A DNA stretch of 64,000 nucleotides, from NCBI GenBank assembly GCA_013265495.1, contig MU058584.1, forward strand, positions 6,848,407 to 6,912,406, read 5' to 3'. The translations under genes and the position numbers were made by a program. This document shows positions 51,471 through 64,000 of this stretch, in pieces (within the stretch, counting starts at the first letter, position 1; every line of letters starts with the position of its first letter). This stretch comes from Vicugna vicugna. Lineage: Eukaryota. The notes beneath the pieces were generated by a model. That model had not been told where the DNA came from. It saw only the letters and a list, made by a program, of their open reading frames with translations, and searched no databases.

Positions 51471-54394
51471 TTAGGTTCATAACATCATTTTTGCGTTCAA
51501 TTAATTGAACCATAATTTTTAAATTAATCAGTCATCAGTTGCTTCAACAGACAATGCTGAGACATAGGAGTGCCTTCCTCTTGCCCCAACACTTCCAATG
51601 CCTAGAAGCCCAGACTTGAAGGTGTCTGTGAGAGCAGCAACAAAGAGGCCCTGCAGAGTCCTCCTTTCCTGCTGACACTTCACTCCTTTTCTCAAAAACC
51701 CTCAGTGGCCCCTCATCACCTCCTTTATTTTTCAAGACCCTCCAAACTGGCTGTATCTCCAAGCAGACGTTTAAGGGAACATAAAAGAAAGTAGCTGTTA
51801 TTCCCATCTCCATCCTTGCTGCAATGCTAAGTCGAATGCCATTCCACATCAAGCTTTCCTCCGTCCCTGCAGCCAAAATGTGTTTCCTCCACCTTTGTAT
51901 CACCAAACCGCTTTGTTTTAATCCTGCAGTAGTGCTCACACCCTTACCTTCTACCATTAGGTTACTTTTGTAGTCCCTAGAGAAGTCACCTAGCTTTCTG
52001 AGACTTTCTCATCTGAGTGTAGAGAGGTGGTCAAATGATCGCTAATGCCCATCAAATATAATATTCTATGACCCGACCATGATTCCTTAACTGTCAGTTT
52101 TTCATAACGGTTAAATTGAATGTCTTTTGTATCATGCTCACTGGCCCTAATGGCAAAGACGACAGTTTCGTGCTGAGAAGCCACCAAATCCAACTCCCAG
52201 GAAATACAGAGGTTAAGAAACTTGGGCACTCTTCAGGGTGATGCAATACTAGGAATTATACTTTGGAGCCAAAAGGTCACTGCAAATCACAGGGTCATTT
52301 TAGAGATGAAAGGGACTGAAGAGAATGTTCTCAGATAAGAAAACAGAGGTTCAAAGAAGCTGGCTCATAGTCCAGGGCCGCATGATTAGTCTTATCTCCT
52401 GAATACCAGCTGATAGTGCTTCCACTGTCAGTTCAAACAAACTGCAGCAAGGGTTGGCTCCTTTACCCTTGTGGATGAGAAGAGGTATCTAAAACTTGTA
52501 TTTTCATGCTAGATGTCCATCTGTATATGCTACATATTCTAGGAGAAGAGTTTTAATTTTAATTACTAAAAAGAGTTTCATTGTTAGGCATCCCTATGCT
52601 TTGAGCCACTGGCCAGTAGAAAGTAGTTGATTCTGTAAGAGCATCAATTTCTCCTAATGTGGAACAGTTTCAAGTTTCAGCAACCTCAGGAAACTGGAGA
52701 AAATGGTAACAAGCCATCATTTACTGATCATTTATTGTGCTCTAGATGTTATCAAGAATTCAATTTCTTTTCATCATATTTAATCTTCACAACCCATTTT
52801 ACACATCAGGAAATTGAGACAGTGTTTAAATGGCTTTCCCAAGTTTTTTAATCAATTTTTTAAAATCACATATTATTTCTTAGTTTTCCAGTGTCTGTCT
52901 TACACTAGAATAAAATATGTTAATCGATTTTGTTCCTTCTCTTACACACTGAAAATGGAGCCGATCCCAAGGAGAACTAAAAAGTTGACGAACTACAAGT
53001 TGTCAAAGAAGGTTCAAAAATGGTTTTAATAAGTCTAATACAGTAATATGAAATTGTATGAATGTCTACATTAAAAAAATATTTTATTAATTTGGTATTA
53101 AGGTATCTAAGTAAGAATGAGAACCACATTTGTTTTGAAAAAAAAAAATCCTCACAAGTGCCTGGGGGAGAAAAGAGAGACTTGAATTTTGGGCAGAATG
53201 GGGTTCTTCAGAAGAAAAGAGAGAAATGTTCAAGTCATCTGAAAGATGACAGAAGGAAAGAAAATAAGAACAAAATGAAAGAATAGAGCCAGTAAGATAG
53301 CAGAAAGCTGGCTGGGGTACAATGGGACCTCTCCCTATGACTCCTCGAATACTCAGCAAAGTTATTAAACATTAAAACCTTGAGTGGAGGTGGACTTTTG
53401 TGGAATAGAGAAGGAGCTAAGCCTTACACTTATACTGATTTGGGGCAAAACATTAACAGCACAGTCAGAGGCCAACGCAGATGGAGGGACCACGCTGTGT
53501 CCAGGATACTGAGATGAACAAGAAAAACCAGATGCAAATTTTTAAGATTTAGATGAATTGAGTTCCATAGCATTCCCAAAGCACTTCCACAGTTACTTTC
53601 TGACCTATTCTTCAACACAACCTTGTGTATTAGGCAAAGCAAGGGTGAATAGCCTTCTCTACAGAGAAGAATATTAAGGATCCCTGGTTTCTTGTCAGTA
53701 TTCTTCGTATTTTGTCCCACTGTGCTATTCCAAGTATGTCACCATGTGAGAATTCCCCATTAGTACTCCTTAGGCAGTCGCAGAATAGCACCTAAAGTGA
53801 CATGACAGTCTCTAATTCACTGTTGCAGACTTTCCCACAAAATTCTCATCAAGCCACAAAGACGTTTAAGGGAACATAAAACAAAGTAGCTGTTAACTGC
53901 TCTGGTCCTTAGATGGTAGAGGTGAGTCACTGCTTCAACGCTATGGATAGAGAAAAGACCCATTTCAAGCAAAACAATTGGCTTTAGGTAGGCATGGAAC
54001 TATCCCCACCTCCCCTTGCAGTGCTCCTGTTCTGCATGTGTATTCTCACAAAAGGAAGAAGAGCAAGCTCAACGTGTAAGGGACTTAGGGGGTTAACCCC
54101 TCTTAAGAACATGTGCATTTAAACAAACAGAAAACACTGTTGAGAAAGGCATAGGGAGCTTCTTGGTGCTTTTTGTGTGGGGATCGGAGGGTAGGGAGTT
54201 GTAGTTGGTTTAACGCTGCTCTTTAGAGGGAGGGGAAAAAGAATTACACCAAGTCCAATTTACAACTGGAAGTAAAACTACACTCTCAACTGTAAGATTC
54301 TATGATTCTAAATATGAATCAAGGAAGAGTGGTAAGACTTCAGGCATTGATTTAGAAATACAATGAAGCAGCCAAGAAACATCCCTCTAGTGAT

Positions 54395-54760
54395 CAGTCA
54401 GTATGAACTAGGTATGATGCATTAATAACCAATCCCCAATCTCAAAACCTTGAAATAAAACAAAGATTATTTCTCTTTCGTGCTATGTATCCACTGGGAG
54501 ATAGGCTCTGCTCATCATAGCTACTTGGGCATCCAGTCTAAAGGAACAGCCATGTTGGAAGTTGCTGGTTTCTGTGCTGAAGGAAAAGGAAGAGCTACAA
54601 GACTTCCCACTGGCCATTAACTCCTCTGAGCCCAGAAAGGACACACGCTACTTTGGCTCATAGTTCAGTGACCAGAACTAGTCACATGTCCCCAAACAAC
54701 TAAGAGACCAAGAAGTTTAATCCTCCCATGTGTCCAAAAGGCAGAAAGTCCACATTAATT
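54395..54760. mobile_element. MLT1-like MaLR LTR
   Basis: ctaggtatgatgcattaataacc...cccaatctc...gaccagaactagtcacatg...aatcctcccatgtgtcc. Confidence 0.6.
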
Positions 54761-55614
54761 CCCAGAGAGCATCATAATCTATCAATTTGGCTTCTTAGGG
54801 TCTAGATACACTTCAGAAAGGGGCTTGAATACCATTCCCCATTCCAGGTTCTCAAGTACAACTAATTGACAATAAACCCTAAAAATAACAGAAAATGAAG
54901 TACAACTGAAGACCAGTCTTCTCATTTTTAATTACTGTAAGTTTCTTGCTAATTCTGAAAATGAGATGATATGATAAATGATCACATTGGTGCTCAACCA
55001 ACACTTTAAAGTTCTTTGTTTCCATTTATGTTAGCAGCATATCTGGTCAGGACCTGAGTCCTCCTTGAGGTGCACCAAGGAGGCATGTACATATCAAGGT
55101 AAGTGTCTAAATACTGGGATTTGGGATGGTAATTGTGCCCCTGACTCTCAAGGTGTCCCTGATTCAATGTCAAACATATTTTGATTTTTAAAAACATACT
55201 TGAACTAATAGTAATCTTGAAGGCTTACCTTCTGGGTAAAAATTAAGCTTTGAAATCATCTAAATGTTATCATCTTCATAACTGCAGGAAGGCAGCGGAG
55301 CTCAACAGAGCCAACAATGCTGTCTCCGTGCCAAGTCTTTAATAAGCCAGAAATAAGGCAAAAGGTGAGCCTAGTGAGCAAGCAACAGACCTAGTGATAC
55401 AGAAGAGTTTCTGCGTGTAGGGCCAAAGAATGTAGTGATACTATATTAAAAAATCAGGGGGGAAAAAAAGAATTTATCCTTCCAGAACCTTTTCCCTGCT
55501 TCAGTCTTACCAATCTGTCTTGATGTTTACTCTCTGTGCCTGCGGCAGTCATTTCAATATTCTGAATCAGTAATCAAGACACCTCTCTGGTCTGGCAATG
55601 ACATCACCATCTCA

Positions 55615-55840
55615 TCATCGCAGCCATTTGCTGAGTGTTTACTACGTATAAGACCCTCTACATAGATTATCTCTTCTAATCCCCACCACAACCATCTGAG
55701 ATAAGTATTATTATGCTTATCTTAAATTGAGGAAACTGAAGCTTTAAAAAGTTATACAATTTTCCCAAGATCACTCTGACAATAACTGGTGAAAACATTA
55801 CTTTAACCCAGGACTTGGGACTCCAAACAGTATGCTTCTC
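55615..55840 (+). mobile_element. MIR SINE
   Basis: gccatttgctgagtgtttactacg...ccacaaccatctgagataagtattattat...gaggaaactga...cccaagatcac. Confidence 0.7.
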
Positions 55841-56169
55841 CCATATATTTGTCATATTTGCTAAGTGCCTGGGCAATCATCTGCACTCAGGAAGGCTTTA
55901 AAAATTGAATTTAATAATGTGGGTGATGTATGATTTTAAAACAGTAATCATTTTCCCTAAATGGGAAATGGATCAAAACACTTACACGTGAATCTTTGGT
56001 GTAGCAGCTGTTGTCATGAATGTCTTATTTTATTTTCTCCCTTCCCTTTGAAGAATGAGATCTACGAACAATGAAAGATGCTGTTGTGACTCCCTAAAAC
56101 AATTTCTATTTCGCAGGGAGAAGAGTAAGTCTGAAGTGCATATCTCCAGACCGTGTTTCTCTTAGCATT

Positions 56170-56374
56170 TCACTGTTGCAATTAATCAAGTTAAAATATA
56201 AATAATGGCTAACCTCAGGTTCCAAATTCCACATAACATTCCTTATCTCCCAAACAGAGTTCATCCAGTGTCTTGGGGGCCCCTAGGCCGACACTGGCTC
56301 AGCATCATCCATTTACAAGCTCCAGAGTCCTAACTGTGGCCGGGGCTTGGGACCAGGAATTTCAAGTACATAAA
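56170..56374 (+). promoter_or_regulatory. FMO1: Candidate FMO1 upstream promoter and non-coding first exon
   Basis: Unique sequence with an HNF1-like/AT-rich element (attaatcaagttaaaatataaata, ~56181-56204). It ends in a strong donor AAA|GTAAGT at 56375, ~6.1 kb upstream of the FMO1 ATG. FMO genes have a non-coding first exon. Confidence 0.5.
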
Positions 56375-57520
56375 GTAAGTAACCAGATATAATCTCTGAT
56401 TCCTTTGGATTAGGGAGCTGAGGCCCAGATTTTCCCTGTTTTGTTATTGTGTTTCAGAATAGAGTCACCTCACCAGAATGCCACTCCCCGAGTCTGTGGA
56501 GGAGCTATAAAGCCACTCCCTACCCAAAGTACAAAAAGAGTGGTAAATACCTGAGTACTTGTAACGGGACAATAAAGTCAGATATTATCAAGTCTTCTGT
56601 GTACCCTGGTAAGTACACTGCTGGGTAGATTACTAAATGGTTAATTCAAAGGGAAAACTTGGATTACTAATGCAAAAGAAACTAATGCAAAAAGAAATCA
56701 GTCATTTTTCTTAAGTGCTTCCATTCATAGCTTCTAACGTGGTGTCAGACAATGCTTTGGGGGGTTGTCTACCAAATGCTGGTATTCAGCACCAGCTGGA
56801 AGCGAAAAGCAACCCCAGCATATCTGGTCAGGACCTGGCCCTTTTGAATCTGACTAATTTGTTGTTGGCATGTTGTCCTGTTTCCTGTTTTCAGAAGTGC
56901 ATCATTCTATGCATTATGACAAAATTTCCTGCTTTTTGTACTATTGTCAGGTCTTTTTCCCTAATCCCACTCCCAGCTGAATTCGCAAGGTTATCAAGTT
57001 TAACGATTTTAAAAATCTCATAGGTATCCGGTTGAATGCCACCTGATTTACAGATGGAGAAACTAAGTCTGTTCTTTGTTATTTCTTGGTTTCCTCTCCA
57101 GCCTAGGGAACACCCATAGCCTTGTAACTGGCATGGTGAGTTTAGAGCCTGGCAGAATTTTTCTTATCAGGTGGTTTTACTCAGGAATAGGCTTGAGGAG
57201 GTGGGCAATTGCTGCTGGAGGATAGAAATCCCAGGGCATGGTCCTGCTCTAAGCCCAGATTTCTTACAAAGTTTGTGCTCTTCCGTCCCCAGGGGCTAAG
57301 TGGGCACCCTCACTCACCCCCAGTTGCCATCCAACTAAATCTACTACCTCTGCTACTCCTGAAACGCACAGCCCACTTAAGGATATGGTGTCATTGTGCG
57401 GTCTGGGCCAGTACCTGTGTGCTAAGAAGGTGTGTGTGTCTGTGTGTCTGTGTGTGAGAGACAGAGAAACAGAGAGCGAGAAAAAGGTAAAGAGAGAGAG
57501 AGAGGGATGGGTAATTTACA

Positions 57521-57582
57521 TATAAAGGGCTGGGTACTAGTCTGACCCTACTAATGAAGATGGCTTCCTAGGAAGTACACAG
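57521..57582 (+). promoter_or_regulatory. Candidate alternative TATA promoter and mini-exon for FMO1
   Basis: TATAAAG at 57521, YY1-like AAGATGGC at ~57557, and a consensus donor CAG|GTGAGT at 57583. Confidence 0.3.
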
Positions 57583-60500
57583 GTGAGTCACACTGGTTAA
57601 TTGATACACTGCTAGGCTCAGATGTAGGATAATTTGCATTTTCCTGATACCAGTAGATAAGGTCTCCTAACTCTAACCCAGAGGCTCCCAAACTGCCTAG
57701 GTTCAAAAGGCCCTTTAGTGTGTGATTCTTTCACAGGCCCCCAGGCTCTAGTTTCTCTTATTAAGTAGTCAGGTTCAAACAACCTGATATAAGCATGTCT
57801 CTCCTTTGTATTTGTATTTTTGTTCTGTTCCTTGTATTTGTATTTTTGTTCTTTTTTTCAGACAACTTCGTAATTGTCTGAAAAAAATACACAAGTGGAA
57901 AGAAAACTGATACAATGATATTTTTATTTCATTCTTGAATAATCCAAAATTACTTAATGAGGTGGTTTATGTTCCTGCTGGGCACAGCACTTCTCAACCC
58001 TTGGAATCAGATCGGACATAGTCCCTTCATTTCCTGTTCTACCTCTATTAAGTTTTGTGCACGACTTGCTTTTGAACGTTGCAACTGCCAAAAACCCAGC
58101 TTTACAAAGATGTGACATCATCAAATGGAACACAGCCCCAAGTGATATTAAAACTGGGTACTGCCTCAAGCTCATACTTTGTTCAGTGTTCAAGAGAAAA
58201 CATACTGTGCTTTCCTCAAATTTTTAAAGTAACTCAGTGCCTCTGCACACAATTTGGGGAATGACAGCCCTAGTCTCAAGTTCTTACCCCATATCATTCT
58301 CATAAACTAAAGTGGGTGCTCAATCTGACTATAGTACTTTTTGTATTTGTATCTTATTTCTTCGTAGCAGAGGCAGCAATATGAAATGCTCAGGAAAAGA
58401 ATAATCGTTTAAAACCCCATGGTTAAAAATTGGTAACTTTCATGCAACCAACAGTGATTTTCCAACTCATTTAGCAATTTGCTATTGCTTAAGCTATTTT
58501 GCTTGATTTTTTTTTAAATTCACTTTCATCCAGTGACACTTTACCAGTTTAATCATTTTTAAATTTTTATTACTTATTTCTTTCATATTTAGTCAGCTTT
58601 GAGGTATTCTTCATTAAAATAATAATAATAATACATTGCTTTTAAAACCTTCAACAAAGGAATGGCCAGATTTTTACTGAATATTTACATAAGGAGTAAT
58701 AGCATTTTTAATATTAGTTTGCATTAGCATATGAAACCACACTCCAATAACCAGTGGCATTAGTGTACTTTTCACCCTAATAAAATTTTCTATCATGTTA
58801 TCAACCACTCTGTCTAAAAGTACAGCATTTCACTGAGTAGAAATGATTTTTAGTTTAATAAAAAAGCAGACACTTTTTCTAAAAAGCAATTTTTAACTTG
58901 AGTGAGTGGTTGGAAGTGTTAATTTTTACCAGCATGTGAAGGCAGTATTTACCTTGAATGCCTATGGGCTCATTCTCATGTTTGTTTTTCCAAACATGGG
59001 ATCCATTCAAATGAGACTATGTTGACACACTAAGTAGATCTGAAACAAAAACTTAAAGAAAGAAAAAGCCCTGAAAGCTGACTTTGAAACCTATTTTTTC
59101 TTTTTTTTTCCCTTTCCTTCCCTTTCTCTCACCATCATTCTTCCATTTCCCCACTCATTTCCTTCACTTGCTAGAAGACAACATTTAGATATACATTTCT
59201 AGTTGCCCCCAATGACTCTGGTTCCAAATAAATAAACCCAAAACTGTTAAGGCAGATAGCCACAAAAATATCAGTTAAAGGAAACTCTCCTGGAGTTGTA
59301 AAAATAACATAACAACATTTATTCGGAGTCGAGAATGTCCCAAGTACTGCGCTGAATGCTTTTTATACATTAGTTGATTCATTCTTACGAATGAAGGTTC
59401 TACTTCTAGCTTCGTTTTAGAGAGAAGGAAACAGACACAGAAACAAATTACTTGGGTAAAGTCGTACTGCTGGTCATTAGCCAACACTGAACTTCAGACC
59501 CAGGTCTCTGACTCACGACCTCCCTCCTGTCCCATGAAAAGTCCCAGGGAGGTTCACTGCTCAGAGAAGGCTGGCTACTTCTGGCCCACGCCGAGTAACA
59601 GTGGTGACCTGCGGAGAGGATTCCTATTTATTGTACATTTGATAGAAAGTCATTTTGAGGAAGGATTTCTGACCCAGAATATTAGCTCTCAGAAGATATT
59701 TGCGCAATTATTTTTTTTAATTAAAAAGATACAAGGTGATGAATTAACTCATTGTACCCATCAGGAAATCAAACCATTGCCAAATATTTATGCAGCTACT
59801 TGTATAGACCAAGCGTGCGGCTAGGAGCCATGAGAAAACAAGAGACAAGTCAAAGAAAATGGCCTGGGGACACATCTAGCCTGATGCAGAAAGAAGACTG
59901 ACACATACGATCAAGGGAGGATCCTTGTGTGGGGAACACGCTGTTTCCTGCAGGAGTCAAGAGAATAGCAAGCTCTTCATGGAGTCAAGGAGCCGTGGAT
60001 GCCTCTAGGGACCACCCCTAGCCCCTACTCTCACTGCTCCCTGTCTCTGGAGCGCCCTTCCTCCACTCCTCTGCCCTGGGACTTCTTTTCATCCTTCAAA
60101 GCCTGGGGCCAATAGTATTCCTCTATGTTGCCTTCCTACTACCAGAGAATTAAGTCAGAATTAGCACCTCTTTGTTCATGCTCTTGTTGCAATGTGTACA
60201 TGAGATATATCTCTGTGTTGGCACTGTGACACAGACATTGTATTTATTTTCGAATCTTAACTTCCCACCAGAATGATAGGTGCTATAAGGAAGGCACCAT
60301 GCCCATTCATCGCTTGTACCCTGGACACCTTGCCTAGGGCTGAGCAACACAGAGGCCCCTTGTTGAGTTTTGAAGACTAAACTAATCAGAGAACAAATCA
60401 TAGACTCTGAGTTGGCAGGACCCTACAGGGCATTTGAATCCACCCTCTACCTGACCTATTAATTTCCTGCTTACAAAATCTCAAGCAAACAAACAAAAAA

Positions 60501-61826
60501 TCATCATACAGACTCTGCCTAAACAAAGTAAATATCAGAGCTTGAAATGCTGCAGTGTGGATATTGACCTAAATTTGCCTCCATCTAACATCTGTGATTC
60601 TACCATTGGCCATAATTAGAATCTTTCTGTCTGTGACAATTCCTCAAATATTTAAATGCAAGTATTTACAGTACCAACTCAGGCCTCTGGGGTAAGTGTC
60701 AGTACAGAGACCCTCTTTGGCACCGTGAGTCCAGCGCAGTCACACTAGGATCTAGGGCATGACTTGCCCTAAAGGGAATCTACTGGTTCTTCCCCCAGTA
60801 AATCAGATTCAGTTCCTGTAGGGAAGCAAGCAGCTCCCCAACAATTTTACACGACACCTGAAAAAATCGGGCCCTTTCATTTCGTTTAAGAAATATTTAT
60901 TGATCATCAGTTACATTATGTTGCAAGTGCAGCCGTCGACGCTGGGGCCACAGCACAAAGAAATCACTAGCGTGGAATTACTTCTCTCAGTTTCCCAATC
61001 CCAAAAAAACAAAAGCTGCATGTTCAGTTGTGTGAAGAGAGTTCATCTGTGAAACAACAAAACAGCAAGTGTTCAGGAAAACAACGTCTGTACGGGGAAC
61101 TTCTTGCATCTACTCTGTGACCCATGTGCTTTAAAAACTTGCTAACTCAGGGAGAGAAAATTGTCACAAAAAAATATTTGGAACAACACCTAAAATCACA
61201 TGATATAGTGTGAAACCTGTATGTGTTGATCAAAATGCTGTGGGAATGAAAAGAGCAGAGGCTCACTGATGAGAAAGGCAGAAGAGGAAGTCAGTTTGCG
61301 GAAATGTTTTCACACTTGAAATTGTTTCTATTTATTGAGCATTTTCTATGTGCTGGGAGCACTTCGAAGCCAACTGTCCATGTGTGGACTCACTCGATTC
61401 TCACAAAACACTGTAAGGAAATCACTGCTATTTTCTCCATTGTTAGCATAATCTGGGTTAAATAATTTTCCCCGGATTACAGGGCAGTAACTGACAGAAC
61501 TGAGCTTCAACCCAGGCAACCTGGTCCAGAGCCTGGTTACTTAACCAATACAATATATTGCCTCTCAGTGTTCTTACAAGTTCGTGTTAACTCATGTCCT
61601 GGGGCCAGACAATCCTTTACCTGGGCCAGTGGTGACAGTGCTATGTTCTCCATAGGTTAAAACAGAATCTCATGGAGAAGGGAGGGGTGATTCTCCATGC
61701 CTACCTTTCCACCACACCCCCTCTCTCTTCCACTGGTGACCATCCACTGACAGTGGGGGGGGGGGGGCCTGGCAGTAGGCCAGGCCCAGGGCCCCTCCCA
61801 GGGCACTGCGGGCTGCAGTGTCTTGG

Positions 61827-61881
61827 NNNNNNNNNNNNNNNNNNNNNNNNNNNNNNNNNNNNNNNNNNNNNNNNNNNNNNN
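61827..61881. other. Assembly gap (55 N)
   Basis: N run. Confidence 0.99.
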
Positions 61882-62265
61882 CCCCTCTCCACTGGTGACC
61901 ATCCACTGACAGTGGGGGGGGGGGGCCTGGCAGTAGGCCAGGCACTGGGACTCGCCCAGGGCACTGCTGGCTGCAGTGTCTTGGCTCCTGGTCCAAAATC
62001 CACTCCACTAGCTACTGTGTGGCCTTGTGTCATGTCACCTCACCAACGAGAGCTTCAGTTTCATGCGTTTATGAAAACCCATGTTTGACAAGTGATCCTT
62101 TCTTGGTGTGCAGCTCTGTGGCACTCTAGGACAGTGGAGGGAGGCTGGAGGCAGCAGCACAGGCCACGGGGCAAGACTCTGTCCACTAAAGGATCTGATT
62201 GCAGCCGCTCTGCCAAAAGCTACAGTCTTGACACCAACTGTACTATCATTTAGCACCAGCTCCAA

Positions 62266-62281
62266 GGGAGGTGGGGCGGAA
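62266..62281 (+). promoter_or_regulatory. GC box upstream of FMO1 exon 2
   Basis: GGGAGGTGGGGCGGA about 200 bp before the exon 2 acceptor. This fits an exon-2-proximal promoter. Confidence 0.35.
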
Positions 62282-62484
62282 ACTTACCAAGCACAAGGTT
62301 AAACCAGTGACCTGAACATTTCTCTACTCACTTTCCCAACACCAGAAGCCTCAGAGGATTCAAATGGAGCAAACCACTTAATCTTTTCAATTCTTTTTCC
62401 TGGTTTGCTGGAGCAGCCAAGGATGGGCTGGGGCTTTCGCTTGTGAATAAAAGGTTCTGCTTCGTTTTCCCCACACAGGAGAAC

Positions 62485-62616
62485 ATGACCAAGAGGGTTG
62501 CAATTGTGGGCGCTGGGGTCAGTGGCCTGGCCTCCATCCGGTGCTGTCTGGAGGAAGGACTGGAGCCCACCTGCTTCGAAAGGAGCGACGACCTTGGGGG
62601 GCTGTGGAGATTCACT
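62485..62616 (+). CDS. FMO1: FMO1 first coding exon (exon 2; exon starts at 62479)
   Basis: cacacag|GAGAAC ATG. Translates [44 protein letters not shown] |gtaagt. 132 coding bp with the FAD-binding GxGxxG motif. Confidence 0.93.
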
Positions 62617-64000
62617 GTAAGTGGGGCGTCAACTGCTTCGTTGTGTGTCTGTTGGAAAAGGGTTTGACTGGTCCAAAAAGAGACTGAATTTCTTCCACAA
62701 GGGCTGGCGCCCATGGTGGGGGACTAGAAACATCTGTTGAACGGCAGGGCAGGAAGGGCCACTGAAAACAAGAAAAGAAAGAAGCAGGGCCCAGCCTGAA
62801 TTTGGGCGGGAGGCGCATCAGCCGCCTTGCAAACTTTATCCAGAGCCAAGAGGAAGAAAGATGCTGACAAAGGGTAGAAGAGGATGGAGTGGGTGGGACA
62901 GGCCAGGAAAGCCCAGGGCAAGGAGAAGAGGAGGGGAGCCAGGGGATATGAAGCAAGAGACTGCAGCGTAGGGGGCAATGGTGGAAACACAACTCAGGAA
63001 TTTCAGTCTCTGCCGGCAAGACCCGGCTGCTTATACCTGCTTCTTTTTCCAGCCCTGCTCTATCTGAGGTAAAACAACACAGGGCTTGGTGCACAATGAG
63101 TTCTAGATTCAAGGTCTTGCTGTTGAGGCAATCCCAAAAATAATCAGAAGCAAAGAACGTTTGAAGACTTTTTTTGTTGCCTGAGCAAAAAAAAAAGAAG
63201 AAGAAGCAGTAATATCCTCAAATCTCGGCAGGGCTAGAGTGTGGATTGGAGAGCAGAAATGGGTAGGGAAGGAGGGAGGCAACTCGAAAACCTACCCTTC
63301 ACTGGCCTGGGGCTCAGGGGAATCACAGGGGCCCTGCTGGGACCCTGGGGGCCCCATGGCTCGGCCAGGGAAGCATGTACATCAGATCTCCTCAAACCTC
63401 TTCTCCCTTCTTCTCAAGTGGGCAAAAACATCTCCCGTGAGCTTTAAAGCTGCCGAGGAGAAAGCTGTCAGTAAGATGAAAAGGAGCCAGGTGTCAGATA
63501 GCCTGGCCTCAGAGCTCCAAGGGGGCAAGAGAAAGACCTAGCATTTCTTTATTATAGAGAAGGGTGGAACCTGGGATGGAAACGAAGTAATTATTTCCTA
63601 ACTCAGTGAACAAAGCTCCAGGGAAGCCAAGGTTGCTGGTTTAGTCACAGCTCTCCCAGCACAGGAGGAAGAACTACATATCTTGAAATCTGTCCAGCCA
63701 TCAAACATGGCCATCAATGCAGAGATTCCCCAAGGGGGCCCAGGGGAAAGAACATCTGTCCCCATGATTCAAACCACATATATTCCAACAGGACAGCAGA
63801 AACGCGACACCCAGGCCATAGACTCTCATGTCCATTGAGGATATTGCTTACCAAGCATGATACATTTCCCCTGCTCGGCCTCAGAACCTTTCTTAACACA
63901 GCACACCAGACAAGCACGACAAATCCCTCAGAGTTGGAAGCTGGTTTGCAAGATAAAACAAGACGGACTACAGGAATAATTAATGAGTTATTTGGTTAAA

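Noticed and set aside
57805..57853. 26-bp-period tandem duplication (ttgtatttgtatttttgttct x2)
   Set aside because: Ordinary slippage duplication in T-rich sequence.
62612..63112. 166-aa minus-strand ORF in FMO1 intron 2
   Set aside because: Low-complexity Pro/Ser/Leu composition from a purine-rich intron, with no recognisable homology.

Overview
Mammalian genomic DNA from the flavin-containing monooxygenase (FMO) cluster, all genes on the + strand. It is probably a camelid: two Vic-1-like tRNA-derived SINEs are present. Left to right: the last four coding exons of FMO6 (exons 6-9, open frame, canonical splice sites); a ~15 kb repeat-rich spacer; FMO2; and the 5' end of FMO1 (candidate non-coding first exons and the ATG-bearing exon 2). 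Main observation: FMO2 looks pseudogenised by a route different from the human Q472X allele. Exons 3-9 have canonical sizes, but I cannot find the ATG/FAD-binding exon 2, the exon 8 donor is AT instead of GT, and many conserved residues are replaced. Other notable items are a nested L1 with a twin-priming inversion, a small TSD-flanked retrocopy carrying ERVL sequence, two short direct repeats ~2 kb apart, a CTCF-like motif, and a probable assembly duplication around an N gap. Repeat family names and comparisons to human proteins come from memory, not from database searches. No prokaryote-type systems (CRISPR, operons) are present.
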